From Alphaproteobacteria bacterium (GTDB lineage Bacteria; Pseudomonadota; Alphaproteobacteria; UBA828), in contig OZ243972.1 in assembly GCA_965214705.1 (NCBI GenBank), positions 2,624,001 through 2,688,000 on the forward strand: a stretch of 64,000 nucleotides of DNA. The letters run 5' to 3'. The notes beneath the pieces were generated by a model. It had not been told where the DNA came from. It searched no databases and saw only the letters and a list, made by a program, of their open reading frames with translations. The position numbers were made by a program, and so were the translations under genes. This document shows positions 8,432-18,216 of the stretch, in pieces. How positions within the stretch are numbered: position 1 is the stretch's first letter; each line of letters begins with the position of its first letter.

Positions 8432-9990
8432 AGCGATGCTCGGACGCTGAACAGAAGATCAAGAATACGTTCGACCGATGCTTCGCTGCGGTCGAGAATG
8501 TGAAGCGATTGGCCTGCACCAATGACCATTGTTCGATCGGTGAGGTTGACGACCTCCTCCAGTTCGGACGAGACAAATATTACAGCCATGCCGCGGCTCG
8601 CGAGCCGCGTGACGACACTGAACATCTCGGCTTTTGCGCCGACATCGATACCGCGCGTGGGCTCATCGAGAAGCAGAACTTTGGGCTCGCGATAGAGCCA
8701 TTTTCCGACCACGAGCTTCTGTTGATTTCCGCCGGATAATGTCTCGGCCGGTGCCCTGAGTCGGCCAACATCAAACGCAAGGTCTGACATAATGTCTTCC
8801 GCATGGCGGAGTTGCTTTCGCTCGCTTACTAGGCCATAGGTCGTGGTGGTTCGTAGCTTGGAAAGCGTGACATTTTCGGCACCTCCCAAACCTAAGACCA
8901 ATCCCTGCTCCTTGCGGTCTTCTGGCGCAAGCGCAATACCATATTCCAGCGATCTTGCGACCGTCGTTGGCCAGGGTCGCTCGTGGCCATCAAGGTAGAG
9001 ATGCCCCCGCGCCTCCGAGTCTGCACCCGCCAGAGCGCGCAGAATCTCGCTGCGGCCCGAGCCTATCAGACCGGCAATACCGAGGATTTCCCCACTCCGC
9101 ACGCTGAATGACAGTCCTTCAATTATACCCGGAATTCGCAGGTCCTCGACGCGAAGCACCTCCTCGCCCGCCTCGCCGTGTCGCTTCACGGACTGCTTGA
9201 GTTCTGCGTCGCCGAGCATGGCGGCGACGGCATCCTCCTTGCTCCATTGAGAGACCGGCCTTGTCACAACTAACTGACCATCGCGCATGACCGATACACG
9301 ATCGCACAGGGAAAGGACTTCATCCAAATCGTGCGAGATGAATATTATGCACAGGCCCTGTTCCCTCAGGCCTCGAATGATCTCGTACAGCTTTTGCCTT
9401 TCGCGGGCTCCCAGCGACGCTGTAGGCTCATCCATGATCAGAATGCGGTGGTCTGCCTCGAGCGCACGCATGATCTCGATCAGTTGCTGATTGGCCACCG
9501 ACAACGAGCCCGCGCGACGCTGCGGGTCAATCGAAGCGCCGAGGTTTCCCGCCAATTCCCTGAAACGTTTCCGGCAAGCCCGTTCGGAGATGAATGGGCC
9601 CCACCTCTTCGGCCCTCCCAGGAACACATTCGCGGCTGCCGAGAGCTCGGGTACGATGAGCCGCTCCTGATAGATGACGGCAACCCCCGCCCTCTGTTGA
9701 GCGCGGGGGTCGGCGTGGGCGAGCCGCCGCTTCATGACTTCGATCTCGCCGCTGTCCGGAGCGTACACTCCGGCTATATGCTTAATGAGTGTCGACTTGC
9801 CCGCGCCATTCTCTCCGACCAGTCCGTGGACCTCGCCATGCGCGATGTCGAGATCCACGGAGTCGAGCGCCAAGACGCCCGGAAAGGTTTTGGTCAGGCC
9901 TCGAACGCGGACGGCGACAACGTTGCCCGCCGTTGCCTCGCTCTCGACTAATTTTTCTTCGGCCACTGCGCTTCCCCCATGTGACCTCAC
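8428..9990 (-). CDS. Sugar ABC transporter ATP-binding protein (two ATPase domains, RbsA-like)
   Basis: GENGAGKST, LIMDEPT, LSGGNQQK, LLDEPTRGIDVGAK. Confidence 0.95.
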   Translation of the reverse strand: MRSHGGSAVAEEKLVESEATAGNVVAVRVRGLTKTFPGVLALDSVDLDIAHGEVHGLVGENGAGKSTLIKHIAGVYAPDSGEIEVMKRRLAHADPRAQQRAGVAVIYQERLIVPELSAAANVFLGGPKRWGPFISERACRKRFRELAGNLGASIDPQRRAGSLSVANQQLIEIMRALEADHRILIMDEPTASLGARERQKLYEIIRGLREQGLCIIFISHDLDEVLSLCDRVSVMRDGQLVVTRPVSQWSKEDAVAAMLGDAELKQSVKRHGEAGEEVLRVEDLRIPGIIEGLSFSVRSGEILGIAGLIGSGRSEILRALAGADSEARGHLYLDGHERPWPTTVARSLEYGIALAPEDRKEQGLVLGLGGAENVTLSKLRTTTTYGLVSERKQLRHAEDIMSDLAFDVGRLRAPAETLSGGNQQKLVVGKWLYREPKVLLLDEPTRGIDVGAKAEMFSVVTRLASRGMAVIFVSSELEEVVNLTDRTMVIGAGQSLHILDRSEASVERILDLLFSVRASL

Positions 9991-10049
9991 GGGAGTGAAT
10001 ACGTCGAGCAGTTGCTCATTTGCTTCGAGCAGCAGCCTATGTCACCAGA

Positions 10050-11195
10050 TCACCAGTTCGCTTCGTATTTGTCGATGTTCTGTTTCGTAATCAAGATGCT
10101 CCCTGTTCCCCTGGTGATACGGGGGAGGTGCGCCTCGTTTATATAGCCGTTGGGGGGGTCACCCTCGAGCGCCATGACCAAGGCGACAGCGGCATAGTAG
10201 GATTCGTTGTAGGGATCCTCAACCGTGCTTTCGTTGAATTCCCCCTCGAGGATTTTCTTCACGCCGCGGCCGTTTGCGCCGGCATTGAAGATCAGAACGT
10301 CTACGCCCGGCTTGAGGCCTGCCTTCTTGATTGCCGCCAACGCGCCCAAGGACATGTCGTCGTCGTGCGAGACGATGACATCCAGATCGGGATGAGCTTG
10401 GAGCGCATCTTGAGTCAGTTGCATGGCAATACGCGGATCGAACTTCGCTTCCTGACGTGACACCATCTCGATATTGAGGTGCGGATACTTCGCCATGGCG
10501 TTATCGATTGCCTTATCCCACCGCGTAAAGAGGTCGGATCCGGCAAATCCACCGAGCGAAACCGCCTTGCACACGTCATCGCCCTCGCACGCGGCAAGGA
10601 GCGCATTCTCCCAATGGAAGTCATAGTACGGCTGGCGTTGAATGGTGACGGTTGCCGCCACCCCGGGCGTGTAGTCGATGTCGCCGCACATCGTCAGGTC
10701 GAGAGTGACGACGGGCTTGCCCGTCGGGACGAGATAGTCCTTCCACATTTTGCATCCGGCCGCATCGGCGGTCGGCGCAAACAGATAGCCGTCAAACCCC
10801 TCCTGGACGGCGTTCTGCACGTGCTTCAGCTGCGCCTGCGGGTTGAAGTTCGGATCGAAGGTCTTGAAGGTGAACCCATACTTCTCCGAGGCGTCCGTCA
10901 GACCCCGCAAACGAGCCTCGCAATAGAGATTAGTGACGCACTCGGTCAGATAGGCGATCCGATACTCCTTGCTTGCTGTCTGCCCGGATTCGTCAAACGC
11001 GATAACCTTCTTTACAGCTTCAGGTTCCTCCCCAGACTTCGCCGCATCGCGCGGATCTCCTCGCAGCGGCGCGTAGGGATCCTTTCCATCCTCGGATTGT
11101 ACCGGGCCTGCCACGATCGCCAAGCCGAACGCGACTACAGCCGCACCTAGGACGCTGACGCACAGCGTCGACGTGTCCTTGCTTTTCCATTTCAT
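10050..11195 (-). CDS. Sugar-type ABC transporter periplasmic binding protein
   Basis: Signal peptide after MKWKSK; QLKHVQNAVQEGFDG, HPDLDVIVSHDDDMSLGA. Confidence 0.88.
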   Translation of the reverse strand: MKWKSKDTSTLCVSVLGAAVVAFGLAIVAGPVQSEDGKDPYAPLRGDPRDAAKSGEEPEAVKKVIAFDESGQTASKEYRIAYLTECVTNLYCEARLRGLTDASEKYGFTFKTFDPNFNPQAQLKHVQNAVQEGFDGYLFAPTADAAGCKMWKDYLVPTGKPVVTLDLTMCGDIDYTPGVAATVTIQRQPYYDFHWENALLAACEGDDVCKAVSLGGFAGSDLFTRWDKAIDNAMAKYPHLNIEMVSRQEAKFDPRIAMQLTQDALQAHPDLDVIVSHDDDMSLGALAAIKKAGLKPGVDVLIFNAGANGRGVKKILEGEFNESTVEDPYNESYYAAVALVMALEGDPPNGYINEAHLPRITRGTGSILITKQNIDKYEANW

Positions 11196-11804
11196 GGCTT
11201 CGTCTCCCTTTCGGTTGAAATCTGCCTCGCCTCCGTTGGCGCGGCTCTCCGCGCCATTTTTATTCAAACACCGCAAGTGCGGAGATACTGGTGCTGTTCA
11301 ACATATCCTCCGGAGCGGGACACTCCGAAGGCACACCATACGTAGGATTATTACAGGTATACATGCGCCAGACCTTCTTTCGCGAGTCGCTGAATGTTAG
11401 ATCGTGCCCTTCGGATGTTCTCCAGGAGATATCTTTCCGCTTCCGCTGTTCGTCCTTCCTTTAGAGCCAAAACGACGCGCTGGTGCTCTGCTTTCGTCGC
11501 ACTGAATCTGCGTTTATCATCGAAGTCAATACGACGAATTATATGAATGCGTTCATTGACATGCTGCAGATAGCTGAGAAGGGCATGATTGCCTGACAAT
11601 TTCGCAATAGTTAGGTGAAATTTCTCGTCGCTAATCAATGCTTGCTCGGGATCACCGTTTTCCGGAAACTCATCCCAAACCTCGTGAAGGCGCTCCAGCT
11701 TGTCCGGTGACAGCGATTGAGCAAGCGTAACAATCGCTAGCCCCTCAAGCGCCTCCCGGATGTCCCATAGCTCGTCCATCTCTCGTAAGAGGGGCAAATC
11801 CTGG

Positions 11805-12475
11805 GAGCGCCAGGCTAACTCTGTCGTGGATAGCCGGTGAAAGTCCGGTGAAGGGAAGGACTAACGAACCACCCTTGCCTTGAGCCGTGCGTCGGCCTTC
11901 GCGAGGAGGCAGGCGAAGCGTCGGTAGAGGTGCGCGTGGGCAGGACATTGAGCACCGAAAATGCCGTCATTCGGAGTGCCGAGGCCATCCAGAAGGTCGA
12001 AGGCAACACCGGCCGCCCGCTTTCGTGAGGGCCGGCAGGGCTCCGCGGTGTCCAAGACCCCAGGCACGCGCGTACGTCCACACAGGGGACCTGGGAGGCC
12101 TCTTCATCACCCGTGCCTCAGAGTGCGGGTCGTGACGGGAAGGGTGGATGCCCATAGCCGTCGATGTACGATGGGGAGGAATCTGACTCGGTCGTAGTAC
12201 CGTTGAAACGGGGGAACAAAGGGGCGTGACAACCTTGGCGGACTTCGTGGAGGAAAGGACCGGGGCCAACGGGAGATCGGGGACCTGAAGCATGTGCCGG
12301 GCACAGAACCGGGTAAGCATGTCACAGGAGGGTCTCCGAACACGCCGCCGTGCGAGACGTCGCAAGAGCGACGAGAGTGCGCCGGACGTCTGACCGGAGG
12401 CAGGAGCCGGATGCCTTAGCGGGCACGTCCGGATCTGCGCGGGGGGCGCTGGGTAACCAGCGTCCCTACCGCGAA
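11805..12475 (+). ncRNA. ORF-less group II intron (class E-like), domains I-VI
   Basis: DI motifs GGTGAAAGTCC, TTGAGCCG...GCGAAGCG, GCCGA...GAAGGCAAC; DIII TCTGACTCGGTCGTAGTACC; DV GAGCCGGATGCCTTAGCGGGCACGTCCGGATCTG; DVI ending CCCTACCGCGAA. Only a vestige of the IEP remains (MSQEGLRTRRRARRRK). Confidence 0.85.
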
Positions 12476-12522
12476 GATGAAGCGGCGTGATTCCGGCTTT
12501 GAGGTCCGGTTTGGGCAGGACC

Positions 12523-14190
12523 TCAGATGGCCTGCGGAGCGAGCACTGGACCAGCGGTCGGTCGCTGGCGCGCGAGGTCGGGGAGCCAGGGGACACTTTC
12601 GGCACCTGGGATGCCCAGGCGGTCACCGAGGTAGTTCCAGAATGAGATGCCGTGGCGGGCACAGGTCTTCATGTGGGTGAGGAAGGCGTCGCGGCAGGCA
12701 CGGCCTTTATCCGAGCGGGTTCCGCCCGAGACCTTGCGGCGGACGACACAGACGCGAAGGTCGTTCTCGGTACCGTTGGTGTGGGCCGGCACGTCGGGAC
12801 GGTCGAGCACGGCGAGCAGCTTGTCGCGGTTGGCTAGGGTGCGCCCGATCTGCTCGTCGAGCAGGCGGTAGCCGGTGCCGGTCCGGAAGGTGCGCGCGAA
12901 GCTGCGCTCGACGACGGCGCGTCTGCGCGGACTTGGCTGGCGGCAATAGGCGCCAAGCAGCCGGTACGTCCGCCAGATGCCGCCGCGCACCTCATCGACG
13001 GCCGCACGGCTGGCGTCGCTCCAGACCGGCAACGTGCGATAGAGCCTCTCGGCATGGATCCAGCACAGGAACTGGTGCAGGCCGAGGTCGAACTGGCCGG
13101 CGTCGTCGCTCAGGATGGCGCTGTCCTCGCGCAGCAGGCCATGGGCGAACAGACAGCCGAGCCGGGCGCCCTCGGTGGCGAGGAGCCGGGCCCTGGGGGC
13201 GTCGATCCCGAGCCCGTCGAGGAACGCCATCCACAGGTCAGGCCCGTCAAACCGACCACCGGCATGCCCCCTCAACGCGTCAAGCGCCCGACGCGGCATG
13301 CTGTGGCTCTCCATGTGCCGGAACGCTTCATCGTTCAGCACGTACTCGTCGAGGGCGCCGCACATCGTGTCGAGGAAGCTCAGCCGGCTCTTCGACCCCG
13401 TCGTTCCGAACCAGCCGAAGCAATCGTTGCCGATCGAGATGCAATAGCCGTTGCGCCCTTGATGGCGCGCGCCAGTGTCGTCGACCGAGATCCAGGCCGC
13501 CCCTTCAAGACCCGCCTTCAGTATCTCCGCCGCCTCGCCGACGAACGGTTCCCTGTTCCCGGTCAGCAGGCGCCGCACCTGACGCTCCGAGATGTCGAGG
13601 CCGATCCCATCGAGCAGGGCAGTGATGCGCGGGATCGTGCTCTGGCCCTGGTGGTAGAGCATCAGCACGAAGCGATGCAGCTCAAGGTTGAAGCCGCCGA
13701 TCACGCCGTCGGGCAGCTCAGCGACGATGATGCGCCCATCCGGCGTCACCACGCGCTCGCGCTGAAAGACGACGTTGTGGACTTCGAGTTCCAGCAGTTG
13801 GGCGTGATAGTCCTGGTAATCTTTGTGGACCGAGCCCTCGGGCGCGTCCTCTACGCAGACGACCACGCGCTTCGCGTCCTTGCGGCCCTGCTTGGGGCCT
13901 CGCCGCTTCTTCGAGGCGCCCGAAGAGCGCCGGCCTCCCTCCAGGCCCTTGCCGCCCGAGCCCTTGCCGTCTCCGTCGCCCGCGCCCGGTTTGATATCCG
14001 GCTTGCCGGGCAACCTCTTGAGTTGGCGGATCTCGGCCTTGAGCATCTCGATTGTCTCGGTGTGCACTGCGACCGTCTCCTTGAGACGCTCGTTCTCGGC
14101 ACGCAACTCAAGGATCGTTTCCGCCTGCGCGGCGTTCGTCGCCCGCAGTTCCTCGATCAACCGAGCTTGGGTTTGAAGCGAATCGACCAT
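12523..14190 (-). CDS. IS66-family transposase (555 aa)
   Basis: Coiled-coil N-terminus; WISVDDTGARH, ILSDDAGQF, LCWIHAER, HTNGTENDLR, RKVSGGTRS. Confidence 0.93.
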   Translation of the reverse strand: MVDSLQTQARLIEELRATNAAQAETILELRAENERLKETVAVHTETIEMLKAEIRQLKRLPGKPDIKPGAGDGDGKGSGGKGLEGGRRSSGASKKRRGPKQGRKDAKRVVVCVEDAPEGSVHKDYQDYHAQLLELEVHNVVFQRERVVTPDGRIIVAELPDGVIGGFNLELHRFVLMLYHQGQSTIPRITALLDGIGLDISERQVRRLLTGNREPFVGEAAEILKAGLEGAAWISVDDTGARHQGRNGYCISIGNDCFGWFGTTGSKSRLSFLDTMCGALDEYVLNDEAFRHMESHSMPRRALDALRGHAGGRFDGPDLWMAFLDGLGIDAPRARLLATEGARLGCLFAHGLLREDSAILSDDAGQFDLGLHQFLCWIHAERLYRTLPVWSDASRAAVDEVRGGIWRTYRLLGAYCRQPSPRRRAVVERSFARTFRTGTGYRLLDEQIGRTLANRDKLLAVLDRPDVPAHTNGTENDLRVCVVRRKVSGGTRSDKGRACRDAFLTHMKTCARHGISFWNYLGDRLGIPGAESVPWLPDLARQRPTAGPVLAPQAI

Positions 14191-14437
14191 GGACCCTCCG
14201 CGCGCAGGCTGTCCGTAAAGCGCGCGAAGTCCAGCGAAAAATGCGCGCTCAACCCCCTGATCCGGATCGGCAACGCGGTCGCGTCACATGGCCGGGCCCA
14301 TGGCCGCTGCACCCGGAACTGGAAGCGCGATGGCCAGGAAACGCCGAAGGTGGCCCGATGCCTATCACCAAGGACTACCGTCAGCGCCGGGCGTAACAGG
14401 GACCCCCAAGCGACATCACACCAGCTGCGCGCGCTCA

Positions 14438-14726
14438 CCAGGTCCCCTGTGTGGACGTACGCGCGTGCCTGGGGTCTCGGACACCGCGGAGCCCCGCCGC
14501 CCTCACGAAAACGGGCGGCCGGTGTTGCCTTCGACCTTCTGGATGGCCTCGGCACTCCGAATGACGGCATTTTCGGTGCTCGATGTCCTGCCCACGCGCA
14601 CCTCTACCGACGCTTCGCCTGCCTCCTCGCGAAGGCCGACGCACGGCTCAAGGCAAGGATGGGGCGTCAGTCCTTCCCTTCACCGGACTTTCACCGGCTG
14701 TCCACGACAAAGTTAGGCTGGCGCTC
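14438..14726 (-). ncRNA. Second, 3'-truncated copy of the group II intron (domain I only)
   Basis: Its reverse complement aligns to 11805-12094 with scattered substitutions; homology stops after GGGGACCTGG. Confidence 0.85.
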
Positions 14727-14999
14727 CCAGGATTTGCCCCTCTTACCATCTCTCGAAGATCGAATTTTCGGACGCAGTAGCCTCGACCATCCCTTGCTAC
14801 CAGGCCAGCATGTTCGAGTTTCTGCAGTGCCTCGCGCACGGGCGTGCGACTCACTGACAGGAGCTGGGCGAGACCAGTTTCAGTAAGCCGTTCACCGGGC
14901 TTCAGCTCAAATCTTAGAATACGGTCTCGAAGCAGATACGCCATTGCGTCGCTTCGTCTTCGGTGCCGCGGCGTTGCTACATTCACTGCTGTATCCCGA

Positions 15000-15011
15000 A
15001 ATGTATACAAT
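15000..15011. promoter_or_regulatory. Putative GntR/FadR operator
   Basis: Palindrome TGTATACA (15002-15009) in an AT-rich patch just upstream of the gntR start. Confidence 0.55.
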
Positions 15012-15128
15012 ATGATATGGAACATTAGTCGCGCTCCGTCCCGCATGTCAAGGGACCACAATCGAACCGACCACCGATAGGCCAGCATGCTGCACGTCAA
15101 CGGGTGAGGTTTCATCCACCGCACATAC

Positions 15129-17489
15129 ATGGACGCGGCCACGAACGTTTCATTCGGCTGGCCTCGCGGCGACACCTTCGCGATGGCCATGGTCCTGGCC
15201 CAGATCGAGGACCAGTGCCGTAATTTCATCGGGGGACCGGGCGCAGGGTCACTGGAGCATGTTGTGGAGTTCACAGCCGAGGCACGCTATCCGAGCCAGA
15301 TCTGGGAGGTAGAAGTACCGCTCCGTTCCAATCGATTTGCCTCGGACGCCGACGTGGCAGCCCTGCGCGCCGATTTCCACAAGGTCCACGAAGATATTTT
15401 CGCCATCGCAGATACGAAATCGGAGATCGAGATTGTCGGCTGGCGCGCGAACGTGCGCTGCACACTCCGAGAGGGCAAGGATAGGCGGCTGGTCGAAGAT
15501 GCCGGCGATTTCCACTCATCCGCGCGCAGGACGGTCTACCTGCCGGATGTCGGCAAGATCGAGGCAAAGGTTGTCCGCCTCGAAGCGATCGACCGGGGCG
15601 TCATTGTAGAGGGGCCGGCGATCATCGAATCGTCCTTCACCACCGTGGTGGTCGAGCCGGGCGCTGCTGTGGAGAGGCGCGCTTCGGGCAGCCTGATGAT
15701 CACGCCCCCTGCTCCGGCTGCCAAGGAGGTCTCGACGCTGGGCAGCCTCGATGGCGTACAATTGGCCATACTCAACAAACGCATGGAGGCACTTTCGGCC
15801 AAGATGGCCAACACGCTGCTGCGCACCGGACGATCCGGCGTGCTGAACAGCGCGCGCGATTTCTCGTGCTGTATCGTGACGGCCGAACACCAGCTAATCT
15901 GCGCCTCCGAGAGCCTGCCCGTTCACGTGCTGCGCGGCGCCGACCTGATGTGCGCTTCCATGAAGGAGTTCCACCCCGAGGTCGCACGCGGCGACGCGTT
16001 TCTGCACAACTCGCCCTACCACGGCAACACGCACCCCGCCGACCACACGATCCTGCTCCCTGTGATCGACGACGGCGGCATCCACCGCTTCACCATGGTA
16101 GCCAAGGCGCATCAGGCCGATTGCGGCAACTCGATTCCCACGACTTATCACGGTGGCGCGCGCGATGTGTATCAAGAGGGAGCGCTGATCTTTCCTGCCG
16201 TCCAAATTCAACGCGACTACAAGGACATCGACGACATCATCCGCATGTGCCGGCTGCGCATCCTCGTGCCCGACCAGTGGTGGGGCGACTATCTCGCCAT
16301 GTTGGGTTCCGCCCGCATCGGCGAGCGCGAGATGCTGGCCCCCGGCAAGGAGGTCGGCTGGGACACGCTCGAGCGCTTCTCGGCGCAGTGGATGGACTAT
16401 TCCGAGCAGCTCATGGCCGAGGCGATCGAGAAGATGCCGGAGGGCCGCGCGACTTGCGAGAGCCGGCACGACCCCTTCCCTAACGCTGAGGAGGGCATTC
16501 CGCTGCAAGCCGTGGTCGAGACGCGGCCCAAGGACGGCATCATCGAGGTGGACTTGCGCGACAACCCGGACAGCTATCCGTGCGGACTCAATCTGAGTCG
16601 GGCAAGCTCAGAGAGCAACGCTCTGCTCGCCGTGTTCAACGGAATTCCGGACCAAGTGCCGTGTAACGAGGGCTCGTTCCGCCGTATCAAGGTGCACTTG
16701 CGCGAGGGCAGCGTCGCGGGCATCGCGGTCCATCCGACGAGCTGCTCGGTGGCAACGACCAATGTCGCCGACCGCGTGGGCAATGCCGTGTCGCGCGCGA
16801 TCGCCAATCTCGGTGACGGCTTTGGCATGGCGAGCACGGGCTCGCTCCAGCCACCCTCGCTCGGCGTCATTTCGGGTGTAAGCGAGAAGACGCGCGGGCC
16901 TTACGTGAACCAGATCTTTCTCGGTTGGGGTGGCGGTGCGGCGGCACCGCATTGCGACGCCTGGATCTCCATCGGCCATATGGGCAATGGCGGTGCTTGC
17001 CATCAGGATAGCGTGGAGCTCGACGAGATGCGCTTTCCGTTGATCGTGGTCGGTCGACACTACGTGACGGACAGCGGTGGCTTCGGGCGCACCCGAGGCG
17101 GTGAAGCCATGTATTCGGAGTTCGGGCCCACCGAAGCGGACATCGAGGTCGGCTTTGTGAGCGATGGCAACATATCGGCTCCGGAAGGGGCCCGAGGCGG
17201 CGGGCCGGGCGCACGTTCCAATCAGTTCCGCCGTGCTCCCAATGGCGATCTCCACCAGCTGGAACCCTGCTCCCAAGCGATCATCTCGCTCGGCCACACC
17301 ATCGTGTCCTATTCTTGCGGCGGTGGCGGTTACGGTTCGCCGCTTGAACGTGCGCCCCAGAAGGTGGCGAGCGACGTGCGCGAGGGGTGGGCTTCCGTCG
17401 AAGCTGCACGTGAGATTTACAAGGTCGTCGTCAGCGCGGACGGTGAACTCGACAAGGCCGCGACAGACGCACTGCGCCGCTTCGGATAG
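15129..17489 (+). pseudogene. 5'-truncated fused hydantoinase A/B (oxoprolinase-family) gene
   Basis: Only the A-subunit tail (ARYPSQIWEVEV, GPAIIES..TTVVV) precedes a complete B domain (DFSCCI, NSPYHGNTHPAD, AHQADCG, GGGGYGSPLER). The A-type ATP-binding motifs are absent. Confidence 0.8.
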
Positions 17490-17517
17490 CGTAGAACTCG
17501 GGCATAGGCTGCCGCCG

Positions 17518-17544
17518 AAAACTGTCCCGCCTCAGGGGCCCACT
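17518..17544 (+). repeat. Remnant IS3-family right inverted repeat, cut by IS110-B
   Basis: AAAACTGTCCCGCCTCAGGGGCCCACT resembles IS3/IS150-type ends (AACTGTCC...GGGG.CA.TCCA) as recalled, minus the terminal bases. Confidence 0.5.
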
Positions 17545-17987
17545 TCTGTAATGGGGCGTTTCCCGTCAAGCTCGATTTTCAACGGATCATTGTCGCGACA
17601 ATCGGTTGTTTTCCTGGCGTGGTGTAGGGGGCTCCTTCGGCTTGGCTGTGAGGCGCCGGCGAGGCGCGGAGGAGGATGCCCGCGTCAGGTTCAATGTGGC
17701 CGACCGCATTGGTCTTGTGCTTGACCAACGTCTTGAGTCCTTCGCCGGGTTCTCGCTTCTGTCCGTGGTCAGCGCATTGGCTGCCGACGTCATGCCCCGT
17801 CCAAATCGGTTCCCCAGTGCCTATCTCCAAAGCGTGCTCGAACGCGACAGGTCGGTTCGGCAAACAAGTGGGCCCACGTGCATCATCGGGGACCGCGTCC
17901 CGGCGAGGGGACACGGGGGGATCGCCCCCCTTCAGGCGCGGCTCTTTCCTCCTCTCCTCGCTGATTGCCGATGGGATGCAGCCGTGC
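17545..17987 (-). ncRNA. Putative bridge/seek RNA region of IS110-B
   Basis: Contains GGGCCCACT (complementary to its flank) and ACAGAAG (identical to its own end). Boundaries are approximate. Confidence 0.65.
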
Positions 17988-18216
17988 CTATGCCATCTGA
18001 AACGCCATCGCCTCGTCGCGCGTGAAGCGGAACTCGGTGCCATCCCGCCACATCTGGTGGAGCACCACGCCGATACGCCGGGCCAAGGCAACGGTCGCGC
18101 GCTTCTTGCCCCGAAGCTTTGACAGACGTAGCGCCCAGCCCTTCAGATCCTATGGGGCCGACTCGGAGACCGGCACTACGGTGCCGTTCTCGCTAGACCT
18201 CATCAGGAGACAAGAG

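Larger units (their letters stand above)
11785..14746 (-). mobile_element. IS66-family element (single ORF) with ~310-bp intron-derived inverted ends
   Basis: Tips GTAAGAGGGGCAAATCCTGG / CCAGGATTTGCCCCTCTTAC; 8-bp target duplication CATCTCTC at 11777-11784 and 14747-14754. Confidence 0.92.
11351..14986 (-). pseudogene. GntR/FadR-type regulator split by IS66 (HTH at 14747-14986, FCD at 11351-11784)
   Basis: HTH: ELKPGERLTETGLAQLLSVSRTPVREALQKLE. FCD: SDEKFHLTIAKLSGN...EHQRVV. Removing the element rejoins the halves in frame (FDLREMDELWDI). Confidence 0.92.

Noticed and set aside
11785-14746. Idea that the whole IS66 is spliced out of the gntR mRNA like an IStron
   Set aside because: On the gntR (minus) strand only domain I is present. 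Domains V-VI are on the plus strand and end at 12475, so they cannot excise the element.
13054-14886. 610-aa plus-strand ORF
   Set aside because: Antisense to the IS66 transposase and running through intron RNA; no protein motifs.
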